From positions 1 to 64,000 of the forward strand of contig CBFFRP010000374.1 of the NCBI GenBank assembly GCA_965644295.1: DNA of 64,000 nt, given 5' to 3'. Within the stretch, counting starts at the first letter, position 1. Each line of letters starts with the position of its first letter. Source of the DNA: Paraphysomonas bandaiensis. Its lineage: Eukaryota > Protista > Chrysophyceae. This document shows positions 26,154-38,942 of this stretch, in pieces. The notes beneath the pieces were generated by a model. That model saw only the letters and a list, made by a program, of their open reading frames with translations, made no database searches and was not told the origin of the DNA. Both the position numbers and the translations under genes were made by a program.

Positions 26154-28255
26154 GACTGGGCTGCGCTATTAGATGCTTCTCGTTCTCGCTCCTCTTCTCT
26201 CAAGAAATCCTGTATCCCTTCAATCCATTCATCAAAGGCTCCACCCCTCATCATCCTATTCTCTGGGTTTGCTCCATGTTTTAGGAGGACGTAAGCAGTA
26301 ATTGGGTCATGATTTTCGTGAGCTATTTCAAGTGGAGTTGAACCAAAACCACGATGACTTCTGGCTTCCGGATCTGCTCCTGCGTGTAATAGAAACGCTA
26401 CAACATCAGCATGTCCACATTCAGCAGCCATGTAAAGGGCGGTATGACCGAACGCATTTTCAGACTCTAAGTCTACTCCCTCTCTCACTATCAGGAACTT
26501 TATCATATCTAGATCTCCAATGACAGCAGCGGAGTGAAACGGGGCGTTGCCACAATTATTTTGAGCTTCCGTCCATCCTTCTTGTTTTGGGAGCAACATG
26601 ACAATATTTAGATTTCCAAACTCTGTAGCCAAGGAGCAAGGGGTCTTGCCGAGATCATTTTTAACCTCCGAGTTTGCTCCATGCTTTAGCAGTAACTTTG
26701 CCGTCTCATAGAGTCCAATAAGAGCAGCGAGGTGGAGGGGTGTGTTGCCGAACTCATCTGTAACGTTTGGGCTTGCCCCTCTTTCTAGTAAAATTTTTGC
26801 AGTACTGAGGCATTCATATTCGCCAAGCCAATGAAGAGCGGTCCTGCCAGAATGACATCTGGCTTCCGGGTCTGCTCCTGCCCTTATCAGCAACTCTGCA
26901 ATATCAGGATCTCTATGATGAAGGACAGCTAGATGAAGTGGGGTATGGCCATTGCACTCTCTAGTATCCAGATCGGCTCCCTTATCTAGCAAAAGCTCTA
27001 AAACATCAGGGCTTCCACGCATAGCGGCGATGTGAAGGAGAGTCTCTGCGAAGTCATTCCTATGAGTGAGAAGCCCTACATTTATGTTTTCTGGTGTCAG
27101 TAGTGACTTGAGGGTTAATAAAAAGTTTTCTTCTCCAGCACATGCTTCTGCCATCTTTCTTACTGTATTTTCTGAGAGCATAGGTGCAATAAGGCTCATC
27201 ACCTCATCAGTATAGGGTAGTGTAGAAAATTTTCCACCTTCACTCTCGAGCCCAGCGCAAAGAAGCTCTTTGGTTTCATCATCTAAAATCACATAGTTAA
27301 CCCGCGGATTCTTATTTTGGAGCTCTATTGCAAGCTCTTTACCGCGTGCTAATAAAGTCTCTGTAAGAGTTTTAAGTTCTGGACACTTCTCTTCCCAGCT
27401 AGGAATAAGCTGAAGACTTCCCTTGATGGCCTTGGCGTAATAAGACTCTAAAACAGTCAAAGGAAAGGTTTGGTCAAAATCAGGTCCTCCTGTGATTGAC
27501 AACAAGGTCAAAAGATGCTCAGTGGTAAAGTCACTAAGTTCCTTCATACGCTCAACAGTGGCACTAGGGTCTTGCTCTATGGAACCCAAAGGCTCTAAGC
27601 AGTAAAAATCTCTTGGCTCAAAGCTGAAAAGCTTCCGATGTTCGTTGAAGAACGCATAGCAGTGCTCATTATGTTCTTCCTGGGGGAGCTCTTGCTCATG
27701 ATACAGCTCAAGATGTGCGTTAAACTCTGCCTGCAGTTGCCCATCAAGATACTTTCCTGACAACTCGGTCTCCCCTTCAGTGATAGGAGTATATTCTTCT
27801 TTAAGCAACACAGAACCATCTTCTCTTTGTAGGAGGTAAGGATGCAAGACGCTTGGGATATCTTGAAGGGTAGATGTTTGTTGTTGATTGACTAGCACCG
27901 CTGTATCATATTCCTGCTTAATGTCTTGAATTCTCTTCTGTATGTAAGATTGTTTGGCTTCTTTCAGCAAGAGTTGGTCTGCTGATAGCACAGAGACCGT
28001 TCTACTCTCAGTGTTAGCAGCATATCCTCCAGTCTTTGCCTGGAAGTAGAGAGCGATAAGGAGCGGAGATGGAGTGGGAGCTTCTTCGCTTGTATTCACA
28101 AAGGATTCGATACTAATCTTGGTATATTCTTTCACCAGATCAGAAGTTCCTGTTGGAGTTTCTGTAGGAGTTCCTGTTGGAGTTTCTTGCTGTAAGTCTA
28201 CAAACTTCATCATCATGTCAAGTTTTGACAAGATCCGCTCGTCGTATTGAGGCAC
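26144..28255 (-). CDS. Intronless protein with an unknown helical N-terminal region and 8 C-terminal ankyrin repeats (first ATG at 28216)
   Basis: Repeated GxTPLHLA...LLxxGAD motifs in an uninterrupted ORF of about 700 aa. Confidence 0.88.
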   Translation of the reverse strand: MPQYDERILSKLDMMMKFVDLQQETPTGTPTETPTGTSDLVKEYTKISIESFVNTSEEAPTPSPLLIALYFQAKTGGYAANTESRTVSVLSADQLLLKEAKQSYIQKRIQDIKQEYDTAVLVNQQQTSTLQDIPSVLHPYLLQREDGSVLLKEEYTPITEGETELSGKYLDGQLQAEFNAHLELYHEQELPQEEHNEHCYAFFNEHRKLFSFEPRDFYCLEPLGSIEQDPSATVERMKELSDFTTEHLLTLLSITGGPDFDQTFPLTVLESYYAKAIKGSLQLIPSWEEKCPELKTLTETLLARGKELAIELQNKNPRVNYVILDDETKELLCAGLESEGGKFSTLPYTDEVMSLIAPMLSENTVRKMAEACAGEENFLLTLKSLLTPENINVGLLTHRNDFAETLLHIAAMRGSPDVLELLLDKGADLDTRECNGHTPLHLAVLHHRDPDIAELLIRAGADPEARCHSGRTALHWLGEYECLSTAKILLERGASPNVTDEFGNTPLHLAALIGLYETAKLLLKHGANSEVKNDLGKTPCSLATEFGNLNIVMLLPKQEGWTEAQNNCGNAPFHSAAVIGDLDMIKFLIVREGVDLESENAFGHTALYMAAECGHADVVAFLLHAGADPEARSHRGFGSTPLEIAHENHDPITAYVLLKHGANPENRMMRGGAFDEWIEGIQDFLREEEREREASNSAAQSER

Positions 28256-28802
28256 AAGTAGACGCAGTCAGTCCCTGGCCTGGACATCCATAAAATGGAC
28301 AATCTTCCTAGAATACAAGACCGTATTATGATGGATACTGATATTATGGGTAGACGTTCCTCTAAATTTGAAGTTTTGTTTCGAAAATGTAGTATTTTTT
28401 ACACTATTGATCAAAAATATCTAATTTATTCTGTCTGGCATATCCAAAATCCAATGCCTGATACCAGTATACATTCAAGTCCGTAGCACACCATCGTACA
28501 TATCCACGTATAGGGTCCTCTACAGCAGTACACCATGCCTCTACAGCGGTGGGTTATATGCACCAGTCACCATCTTGTTTTTTCGGGAATATATTGAAGT
28601 AATTATCGTCTATATTACTGCAATAAAACTACGGCTGGAATACACATAATTATTGTCTCAATATTAGAGGCATCTTTCAACAAAAATATACACAGGATGC
28701 CGATACATTTACAGCCCATTGATCTCTAATGCCATGAGAGTACATACATATCAATATACTTACCACTGAACATATCTATCAATCATCTTAATAGAAATCA
28801 TA

Positions 28803-30655
28803 ATGACTTTATTTCTCTATATTCTCTTATGTATACTATGTACTACATGCATATCATTCCGTGTATTAATGGGTATAACTGTCAATACATCTCAACTCAT
28901 AGAGAATCAACTTGAATCCATCATACTGAACATACATAACGATTATAGTACGAATAAAACATATGAACATCTCACAGTATTCATATGTATATATTCATCC
29001 AACGGTATCATCCATAACAATAAACTGAAACATATCTTATATACATATAACATCACACACTACTATAGTGACAGTAGAGTCCCATATATGTGTGCATTTG
29101 ATTATCCAAATGCTACTGCATATGATAGATTAATACAAATCAATATGGCTGCAAAGAATATTCCAAGAAATTTATTTGGGATATCAGAATATATTGTACA
29201 TGATGATTTATCGTTAGTATGTTGTCCACAAGCTAACATACATTTCGTACAGGATACGATAGCGAAACATTTGAATAATCACTTATTGAATGATAATGAA
29301 ATATATTCAAATGTTTTGAAGCTTGCAAGTGATATGAAAGATACGGGAAATATTGAAAACTCCAGTACTTGTCTTGCTCCTGCACCTCTATCTCCCGATG
29401 TACCACTTCCTACTCGGTCAGCAACATCTAAGTATCATACCTCCGGTCCTTGTAACCTCTGGTGGCCTTTAGATAGAAGTGAGATATATATATACAGCGA
29501 TACTACAGTGGATGATGCAGGCTCTCCATACATTCACAAGGAGCCAGTGATATTTATATGTCCTGATTTGCCGGCCTCTGCAGCGGACACCCCACTGAAC
29601 AAGCCGCCAATATATGTTGGGGTATTCGAACAATTTGATATAACCTCTGAGGGCATCCTATCTACACCTAGTTCAAACGGGGTAAGTCTAGAAGGTGTGG
29701 ATATGAAGTGGCAAGCGGTACAGATGGTACTCGGTCTTCGAATAGCTCCAGCAGTGGTAGCCAAACGCTTGGTTGTATCGATATGCCCATCCACTCGTTC
29801 TGGTCCGCTCAACCGACATAGCTGTATTGCCACGTTTGATGTGGAGGTAAAGGTTGTCAGACCGAGGGAGGTCTCCCCATCTGCGCCTCTTCCGTCACTA
29901 CTACCTATGACTGCCACACTAGGATCGCGTGATCTATTTGGTCATGCGTTAAACATGATGGGTCATTCCCATGGCACGTTTGTGGAGATTGGAGTGAACA
30001 GAGGTCACTACGCGAAGATCATGATGTCTCAATGGAAAGGCATGAGGTAAATAAGTGCCCCTTGTCCTGACGACGATACATTATCGTGCTTATAGCCATT
30101 ATCTTACAGACGTATTGGTGGTTATTTGCAGTTGACTGTAGAGCATGCAGCATATTTAGTTTTTTGTTTAGTAAAGTTAAATGTGGTTCTCACTCGTCAT
30201 TGTGTAGGTATATAATGGTGGACCCATGGGAAGCCTTTTCAGCCTCTGAGTATGTCGATATTGCCAACGTAGCTGATCAGCAAGTTCACGACTCCGTCAT
30301 GGAAGAAGCTATTCTCAATGTGGAGCAATACGGAACTCGGCCAGTTATATTGCGGGAAACAAGCGTTGCCGCTGCCAGACTCATGGTAGATCATACTGTG
30401 GATGTGGTGTATATAGATGGGTTGCATCATTACCAAGGTGTGATGGATGACATTGCGGCCTGGTGGCCGAAGTTGAAGCAGGGGGGAATTATGGCTGGAC
30501 ATGATTATATGCACGAGGCTGTGGGCGAAACTATTTTTACTGTCAAGCCCGCGGTTGACGAGTTCGCTAGAAAAATGGGCCTGTTTGTATTTCAAACTCA
30601 TGATAGTTATCCGACATGGTTTATATTCAAACCCAAGAGCAGTAAACAGACATAA
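28803..30655 (+). CDS. Class I SAM methyltransferase (Methyltransf_24-like) with a hydrophobic N-terminus; 2 exons
   Basis: Motifs FVEIGVNRGHYA, VDPW, DVVYIDGLHHY, WWPKLKQGGIMAGHDY and VKPAVDEF. Intron at about 30047-30208. Confidence 0.85.
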
Positions 30656-31531
30656 TATCTAATAAAGGATTGATCTTAGTAATAGTAAAACAGTGTTGTG
30701 ATTATTAGAGTGTAAAGTAATGAACACAATAGAGTGAGAATTATGAATAACAATATAGAACATAACTATCATGCACAACGGAATAGTTAGAAGTGTAACT
30801 GATAATGACGACGTTGTGATGACGATCATGTATCTTCAACAGATACTCTTTCAAATTCAGTTCATGGTATATTTTATATTTCATTGAACATTATAACTCA
30901 CAGAATCCTAATATATCTGAACCGTATAAATATAAGAATTTTTGCTATTAGATTTCTAGACTTTCATGCTTCCTACGTGTAGGCGTGAATAATGGATATT
31001 CCGTTCAGTGCGTATGCTATTCTAATTGGTGTGTCTGCATCGATGTAAGACAAATATCTATCTGCTATGAGATGACAGATATTTGTCATCTATGCTCGCT
31101 TGCCATTGTCTGTATCATGTATATTTTGACATAGGAAAATGCCCCCGTAGTATCGTAGTATTCAGCCATAGCAAATATGGGATTTTGATATTTTCTAGGA
31201 CATTAAGACAAGTCTTAACTAATTATTTCATCTTGAAAATATTATAATTTATCCTACTCAGGGCCTGGAAACTATTAATTCCTCACCCCTTGCAATACGT
31301 TACGGCAATTTAAGTTGTACGCATATTTCTAGAAAATGTTATACATACGTACTTCAACAAGCTGTGAGCCAAATATAAGAAGGAATATAAAGGGTGTTTA
31401 GAGGCTGCTTGTATATCTACATATCCTACGTTAGTCAAACTCATCCACACACCAAAATAAGTTTAATGAGATCTTAAAATAGTCTAGCTTAGTTAATTCA
31501 AAATCTGCACTTAAATAATCAGCATTACAAT

Positions 31532-33891
31532 TTAGGTATCTTCAGCTTGGCTTTCAGTACGTCTTTTCTTTTGTTTTGACTGTTCGATAATACGTTTCTT
31601 CTTAGCGATCTTCTTCTTATCATAGTTGCTAGTGGATGAAATTGATGCTCGCTCCGGCGCCCGTACACGGAGTCTACGCTTTTGCTTTGTGCTCAGCTGA
31701 AACAAAGAAAAATTAATTTCACGCATGAGGTAATCACTGCCAACTCATAACAAACAATGAGGTAATCACTACCAACTTATAACAAACATTGCACCGGTCA
31801 TAACATCACGTAGCTACTTCAGCACCTGTTTCACTGAAAGCAACCAGTCTGGAACATCGCAGCCTGAGAGCTTCATAACATTGGCAATGCTCCTCATATT
31901 CGGAATATCTGCCTCCGTGAAAAATGTTATTGCTGTCCCAGACCGTCCAGCTCGACCAGTACGACCTATGCGATGTATATACGACACTGGACTCTGAGGA
32001 ACGTCATAGTTGATAACCATCTTCACAGCTGTATGTTGTCATCAGTTACAAAGAGTGAATTGTAGTAAAAACACAACATAGAGGGCATATGAAGCGAGCA
32101 TTGGATTAGCATCACCGGAGCTAATCCAAAAATCCACAACAAACACATGATATTCCGCATACCAATTTACGACACCAATACAGACCATAAATGTCACAGG
32201 AAACATACCTTTAAAATCTAAACCTCTGGCCATGAGATCTGTGCATATGAGCACCCATATTACACCGGTCCTAAAGTTGTTAATAATAGTTTCTCTCTGA
32301 GCTTGGGTGCGATCGGAGTGCATAACATCAACTTTGATCCCATCATAGGCAAGCTCTTTGTACAATTCTTTCGCTCGATCCTTACTCTGTAAGAAAAGCA
32401 ATACAGGCGGGCGCAACTCTCCATTGGTAACTAACTGACGAATTGCCAGTGCCTTACCATCTTCGCGACCAACAAATTGCAATTTCTGTGTAATACTGAG
32501 AGCTCCGGCATTTTCGACCCCAATATGAACACTCACAGGATTCTTCAAGAATGAATTAGCCAATTCCTGCACTAAAGGACCAATGGTTGCGCTAAAAAGT
32601 GCTCTCTGAAGATTTAACTGGTCATGACCAGTTCCACATTGCGATAAAATCTCGTCTACTTGAGAAAGAAAAGAAGTCTTTGAATCAATCCAATCGTTCT
32701 GATCTTCGTCGTCTGAATTTTCCGCATTTAACATATGCCCCTCCATCTCAAACAATTTGTCAGCTTCATCTAGTACTACTGTTTCAACGTTCGCCAGATT
32801 GATACCCTTTGCACGCAGCAGTGCAACTATACGCATAGGTGTGGAAACTAGTAAGTCATACTTGCTGTAGGCTGTGGCCTGTAACACAGTGAGATCAGAC
32901 CATAAAGTACTGTATTATGCATGGGAGCACTCAGTGCAACACGACACCCCCAATCTGGTTGGTGAACAATACAAAATAATATAACGCATACCTGTCCTTG
33001 CAATGCATCTGTAGTCTGGTTACTCTTCTTCACAATTCCAATGCGTATTCTCTTCCCAGCGCATAGACGGCACGTTTCACGATGAATCTGCTCGGCTAGT
33101 TCTCGAGTAGGTGCGAGCAGTAGAGCACGTACACCACTCTTTTGTCCTACATACAGAGTTAACTAACCACTTTCTTTAATATGAATGAGCATCGGAACTA
33201 GTTATTGTCCACTCAAATACATTAACAACACATAGCTCCATTTAATAGCCCTGTATTTGAAGGAGTGAACCTACCTTTTTGGAGCTTTGAAAGTGTAGGT
33301 ATGACGAAAGATGCTGTTTTCCCCGACCCAGTGGGAGCAGAGGCAAGGATATCCCTATTTTGAAGCATAATAGGGATCGCTTGCATCTGAATAGCAGTCG
33401 GCTCTTTCCAATCAGAGTTTTCAATGTTACTTAATAACACAGGCTTCAATTCAGAAGATATATTCATATCTTTAAACGATGTGTTTGGGGCTGGAATATC
33501 TGATCCCTTCACACGTATTTGAAGCCTATATAGATATAATGAGCTAACCAACTCATGAATATGATAATCTCACCTGTTTCTGAGTTCATTTATAGAATCT
33601 TCTGATGTTATTTTGGGTATATCTGAGTGTCAGTTATGTGGACAGGTTATTCATATCATATACACAGACCTGAACTCATACCTCCGCTTAGAGGGGTGTC
33701 ACTAACAGCATCTGTATATATATGATTATTACTGCAATAAGACATACACACACATACATATACATCACTACATACATACATATACATACATATATACACA
33801 TGTGTGTATAACCTGAAGCAGAGGGAACACTAGCCTTCCTCTTCTTCTTAAAATGAGCTCCACTTGAGAGCATAGAGAATATTGAATCCAT
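31532..33891 (-). CDS. DDX52: DEAD-box RNA helicase DDX52/Rok1 (multi-exon)
   Basis: Motifs [64 protein letters not shown] and SGCDVPDW. Confidence 0.92.
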
Positions 33892-34366
33892 GATAATCAC
33901 AGTGCTTCGTTTAAGTTTGATTGTATGTTAAGACTGTGTTCATTATATGCCTCATGTGTGTATGTATGTCTATATGAGTCTCTTGACAGGGATTTTAATG
34001 GTTGTGTAGAAACCTCAAAATACAGCATTATACGCTGAAAAAATACTCCTTTCCAATCACCATATGCTGCTGTTTTGTAGGAATATCTGAACTGTACGTC
34101 TCTCTATAGATGACTTTCAGACGAAAAAATCCATGTTTTTTGTAGTATTCTCTATTTTTTATTATCAAATACCATAAAAAAAGGTTATAGTTTGACATAT
34201 TTCCATAAAAAAATGAGGAATTCCAACTCATTCGCTCTACAGGCCTTAAAAAACTATACATATGCATCCTCTGGATACTGTATGCCTGTATGATGATGGA
34301 GTTCATAGATTGACAATCACTGGAATTTATATTAATATCAGCTGCATTTGTAGAAACTTATACACA

Positions 34367-34972
34367 ATGTACCAGCAGTTATACTCCACCCCACGACAGA
34401 CATCATTGTTGAATAAGGATATATTATCCAACCTTGAGAGTCTCATCCCATCCTGTTTTAACTTCTCAATTGTTGAAGGGAATGTCAAAGCATTCCTTGA
34501 CATTCATGAAACTCAAGTTCGTAAATTTATACAAGAGTATTGTGGAAACTATGATAGAAATGATTTTTTATACACTTTCGACAGCCTATCCTATAAGGCC
34601 ACCGTAGCATGTGTTCCGTATACTACTTCAGATGGAAGAGTGACTGTAAACGTCAACATCAAGATGTCAAATGATGGATTTCTGTATCCGTCTCACTCTG
34701 CTCTTGACGTGCATCGTCCATCAATCAAACGCCATAAGTCAGCTGGTTGGTGTCAACTCAACAATTCGGAATGTGGCAAATTTCATCTTATGCAAAATTT
34801 TGCAACTAGTTTACTCCCAGCAGGAAGATTACAGTCCCAGCTGTTCTATAATCAGAGCGAACAGAGAATGGACTTGAAGTATATGGAAAAAAACTCAGGT
34901 ACTGCGGTAGTGTTTACTTTTGAGCCAGGTTTCCCAGAGGATGACTTTGAAGACAATTGGTTTGATATATGA
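34367..34972 (+). CDS. Hypothetical intronless protein, about 201 aa
   Basis: Clean ORF with protein-like composition. No family was recognised. Confidence 0.55.
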   Translation: MYQQLYSTPRQTSLLNKDILSNLESLIPSCFNFSIVEGNVKAFLDIHETQVRKFIQEYCGNYDRNDFLYTFDSLSYKATVACVPYTTSDGRVTVNVNIKMSNDGFLYPSHSALDVHRPSIKRHKSAGWCQLNNSECGKFHLMQNFATSLLPAGRLQSQLFYNQSEQRMDLKYMEKNSGTAVVFTFEPGFPEDDFEDNWFDI

Positions 34973-36035
34973 AATGTTTACAATACTATATGCTTGATCA
35001 CTTTGAAGTCACCCACTTGGCGGTATGTATATACCTTGTATATAACGATTCAAACGGAAAAGGTTATAACGATTTTGGCCATTCAATATCCACTATCTAA
35101 ATACTATTTCATGATGAAAGTTTCTCTATATATTATCATCAATGAATAAGACATTCATGTTTGTACGAGTGATACACGCATAGCTATAACTATCTATTAT
35201 TTGGTTTGAAATATCTGTTTTTTAATTAAACACCCGATAATTAGGTTTCAGTGTAGCTGATGATATTTTTTTCCATGAGTATTAGCGCCTATCATAACTT
35301 TCTTGTTAGTAGAGATTGCCAGTATTAAGAGCCTCTGGAAGTAGAGTAAAGATCTTTGTACACTTCTTTAGCTTGATCCTTACTCTGTGAAAAAAGCAAT
35401 GCTGGGAACCTTCGAACAAACTATCACCTTTTCTTTCGTCTCTGATACCTTGCCATCACCGGCCCCTTTCTTCCACACACACCCTACACCCTATGTCTCA
35501 GCCTGTACCCTGTACCCCCGTGCACTAACTCAGACACGAAGAGCAGCTGAGGGCGTATTAATGTCTCCTCACAATCATGCTTCTCTCGTGCATAGATCTA
35601 TCAGAGATCAGAGTACTTGACCTTGGTGCCCTATTTCTTATGGCTAAGACAGCAAATGGGTAATTCCGACGCTACTCCACAGTAGATGAAAAGCTTTTGC
35701 AAGACCTTCATCCACATAACTCCGAGCCACTTGATACAACGCCTAATGGAAGGCCACCAGATCGCCAAACTCTGAAGGGTATATTGCTGCTTTCCCTGGT
35801 GCCTGCCGTAAGGCACAAAAGGCATTCGCCGATGCAAATTGCACAAAATGTATGCGTAGTCTTAAGCGTTCCATTGTGGTGGTAGACTTAGATCACTGCT
35901 TTCACTTGTCATGCTGTACGGTGTACAGCGTTCCCAACATATACATCTATGAATATTGTGAGAATTATGGGCGTCTATATCTATGTATAAAGCACCACTC
36001 TCATAAAAGAGGTAAAAAGTGATTATTATGCAATA

Positions 36036-36770
36036 CTGAATTATAAATAACACATCTCTACAATATCAACGGCTATTCCCCTACATTGTATTCTTAACTA
36101 CATAGTACATGTGTATACTGTTCGGCACGAAGACTTGCTTCTTCAGGACTTTCAACTAAATTTCTCTTTTTCCTAGGAAGTTGAGCTGCGAGAGCAACCA
36201 TTTCGTCCTCACTCAAACCCTCACGAATTGCACCTTGAGTGTGAGATTCATTTGTAACAATTTACTTCGCTGGGAAAGTAATGTAATCAGATTTGCAGAC
36301 ATTTGTGCTATGGAAGATTTGTCGTGGTGTGATGAAGTGTCTAATTGGGTTAAGTCTGTTGAGAAGGTCTTCACTTTCCCAGCGAAGTCAATTTGTCACA
36401 AACGAGCCTCACATTCAAGCTTCAATTCGCGAGGTAAGGACAACATGATTCAAGCAAGTCTTCGTGCCAAACATGATGCTGTGAACAGAAAAGTTAATTT
36501 TTATACAATGAGAATTCGTGAAGCAATGTATCCATCAAAAAAGGGAAAGATATTGAAGATCGTGTCAACAAGATGAATAAACTCCATATTGAAAATCAGA
36601 TTCATGACTAACAGTGAAATCAAGAAAATAACCCATGAACAAATCGATAAAATTGATATGCACAACCATCCCCTGAATTATAAATAACACATCTCCACAA
36701 TACCAACGGCTATTCTTAATCACATTCCCCTATATTTTATTCCTAACTACATGGTACATGTATATACTGT
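36036..36770. repeat. Direct repeats of about 86-98 bp (36036-36121, 36673-36770) enclosing a diverged inverted repeat (36119-36473)
   Basis: ctgaattataaataacacatctc...tatactgt occurs twice. Internal arms pair 36119-36140 with 36452-36473 and 36219-36279 with 36373-36434. Confidence 0.85.
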
Positions 36771-36934
36771 ACTACACTTAAAAGCATATACCTATATATA
36801 TATACTGTATATATAGGTGGACAGTCCAACAGAATCGCACCTCGTGGTGCTTGCGGCGACGCAGACGTAGCGTTTAATAGTAGGATATCAGACTTTGTAG
36901 TTGTTAGTCATTGTTCATCTAGCTACTAATAAAC

Positions 36935-37069
36935 ACTCTCCATTGGTAATAACTGACGAATTGCCAGTGCCTTACCATCTTCGCGACCAACATTGCAATT
37001 TCTGTGTAATACTGAGAGCTGTGGCATTATCAACCCCAGTATGAACACTCCTCACAGGATTCTTCAAGA
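36935..37069 (-). pseudogene. About 135-bp copy of a DDX52 exon fragment
   Basis: Matches 32416-32550 with a few substitutions and small indels. Confidence 0.9.
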
Positions 37070-37516
37070 GGGAGCGAGCCGAGCGGAGTATCCGCCCAAT
37101 CACCATAAAAGTCGGTCAGGGCAAAACAAATCCCAGGTTTTTAAATGTAAACTGATCAATATAGAGTAGATTGTACAGTATATTCTCAAATCCACTAAAA
37201 AAAGGGCGATTTTATACTGTATATACTATGCTGCTGCTGTGTACAGTCATTGATATGCTGCTGGTGCTGTATACAGAATCCATGTCGTGTATACACTGTA
37301 TTCTAATCAGAATACTTGCTTGAAGTTTCGAGATTGTTCGGAAGAAAAATATCAGATAGTTCACTGACACACACTGTACATACATATCCATACAGAGGGA
37401 TGTATACAGACACATACAAGTATTTAATGGAGTTCTATATATATATATGTATATATCTCCTAACAGAGTCTGAAGGTGATCCATAATTCTATAGAAGAGA
37501 TTTATAAATAGAACCA

Positions 37517-38446
37517 ATGAGTCATTTTACAACAAGATTTCGTAAAAGTTCAATTGAAGAAACACATGAACCTGAGAGTATGGAGAGTCTTATAACGGAG
37601 TTAAGACATACAATAGGAGAGGATATAAGCTCCTGTATGTCTGATCATGACTGTCAAAGATTTCTAGTAGCTAGAAATTTAAATATAGAGAAATCTGTTG
37701 CTATGATAAGGAACTGGTGGCAGTGGATGCATACACCAACACATAAAGGAGGTCCCTTACCATCATCTGTATTAACAGCTGCTACTATTGAAGATCCTAA
37801 TGAACTGGTATATACAGAGCTTTGTCCGCATACTTTATATGGATTTGATAAGAGCGGTCGTCCTGTGTACTGGGAGAAAACTGGAGTTATTTCTCAGAAT
37901 CTTAAGCAACTGAAAACTCGTGTGGACATTGACACACTTGTGGATCGTCATATCAGAATTCAGACCTTAACTGAAATACGTCAAAAGTACAGCAGTGAGA
38001 AACTAGGACATCCTGTTGAAATGTCGGTGATAGTGTTCGACCTTGCAAACGTAAAAAAGGTGCCTGATTTGTTTGGCATCAATCAACTCCGCAAAATTGC
38101 CACTATGGACCAGAATTATTACCCTGAGCGTTTAGGTACATTAATTGTCATTAATGCACCTAGTTTCGTTGCTTCTTTGTATAAACTCGTAAGTTCGGCA
38201 ATTGACCCCAAAACCGCGTCGAAAATAAAGATCGTGGGGGCGGATTATCTGGAGACTCTGCGAGAGCAAATGGACGACTCTCAAATTCCTGAGGAGTACG
38301 GCGGATCTGCTAAGAATGTGTCATGGGGTTGGCCATATTCCGAAGAAAGTGGTGTTTCTCCGACCCAATTGCGGGCATACTTCGACATGAAGACTTCCTC
38401 GGAGACGACATCAACTACTTCTACACCTTCAGAAATTACACCGTAA
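37517..38446 (+). CDS. Sec14/CRAL-TRIO lipid-binding protein, intronless
   Basis: Motifs RFLVARNLNIEKS, GFDKSGRPVYWE, DQNYYPERLG...INAP and IPEEYGG. Confidence 0.92.
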   Translation: MSHFTTRFRKSSIEETHEPESMESLITELRHTIGEDISSCMSDHDCQRFLVARNLNIEKSVAMIRNWWQWMHTPTHKGGPLPSSVLTAATIEDPNELVYTELCPHTLYGFDKSGRPVYWEKTGVISQNLKQLKTRVDIDTLVDRHIRIQTLTEIRQKYSSEKLGHPVEMSVIVFDLANVKKVPDLFGINQLRKIATMDQNYYPERLGTLIVINAPSFVASLYKLVSSAIDPKTASKIKIVGADYLETLREQMDDSQIPEEYGGSAKNVSWGWPYSEESGVSPTQLRAYFDMKTSSETTSTTSTPSEITP

Positions 38447-38942
38447 AGATGAATACTCAACCGTCCACGGATTGTAGACAGCTTATAATTCATTTTTTAA
38501 TATTTATTATTCAGCCTCGGATATTGCACAAGCGTGTATTGCAGTCGTTGAGTTTTTCAATTACACTAAACCTGAAACATATTTGTAATCAAGATCAAGA
38601 AATAAATTCTCTGTTAGTGAAAAAATAAACAATGTCTCATGGCCTATGTAGTCTGTAGAAATCTAGATAATGTAATAAATCAGTAGCTTTTAAGGTCACT
38701 AATATGGTGCCTGATCCAATGCAATTTAATAGAATATATTGGTAACTTGAAGGGATGGGTTCTTAAGGGACTAATACGATTGTTATCAAACATTACTCAA
38801 ATATGATTAATTCCGACAAAAAAAGCACTACTCAACTATTACTCCTGGACAATAAGATCTTCAGTCAACTTTAAAATTCCAGCGGGTTTAAGCATGTCCT
38901 ACATAAAAAATCAGCAATGAATTGACAGAGCTGATCATCATT

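Noticed and set aside
28295-28486. Possible integrase remnant upstream of the ankyrin ORF
   Set aside because: The resemblance is too weak and it lies on the opposite strand to the putative LTR.
35387-36053. Cluster of short ORFs
   Set aside because: No consistent splice model or motifs were found; probably degenerate sequence.
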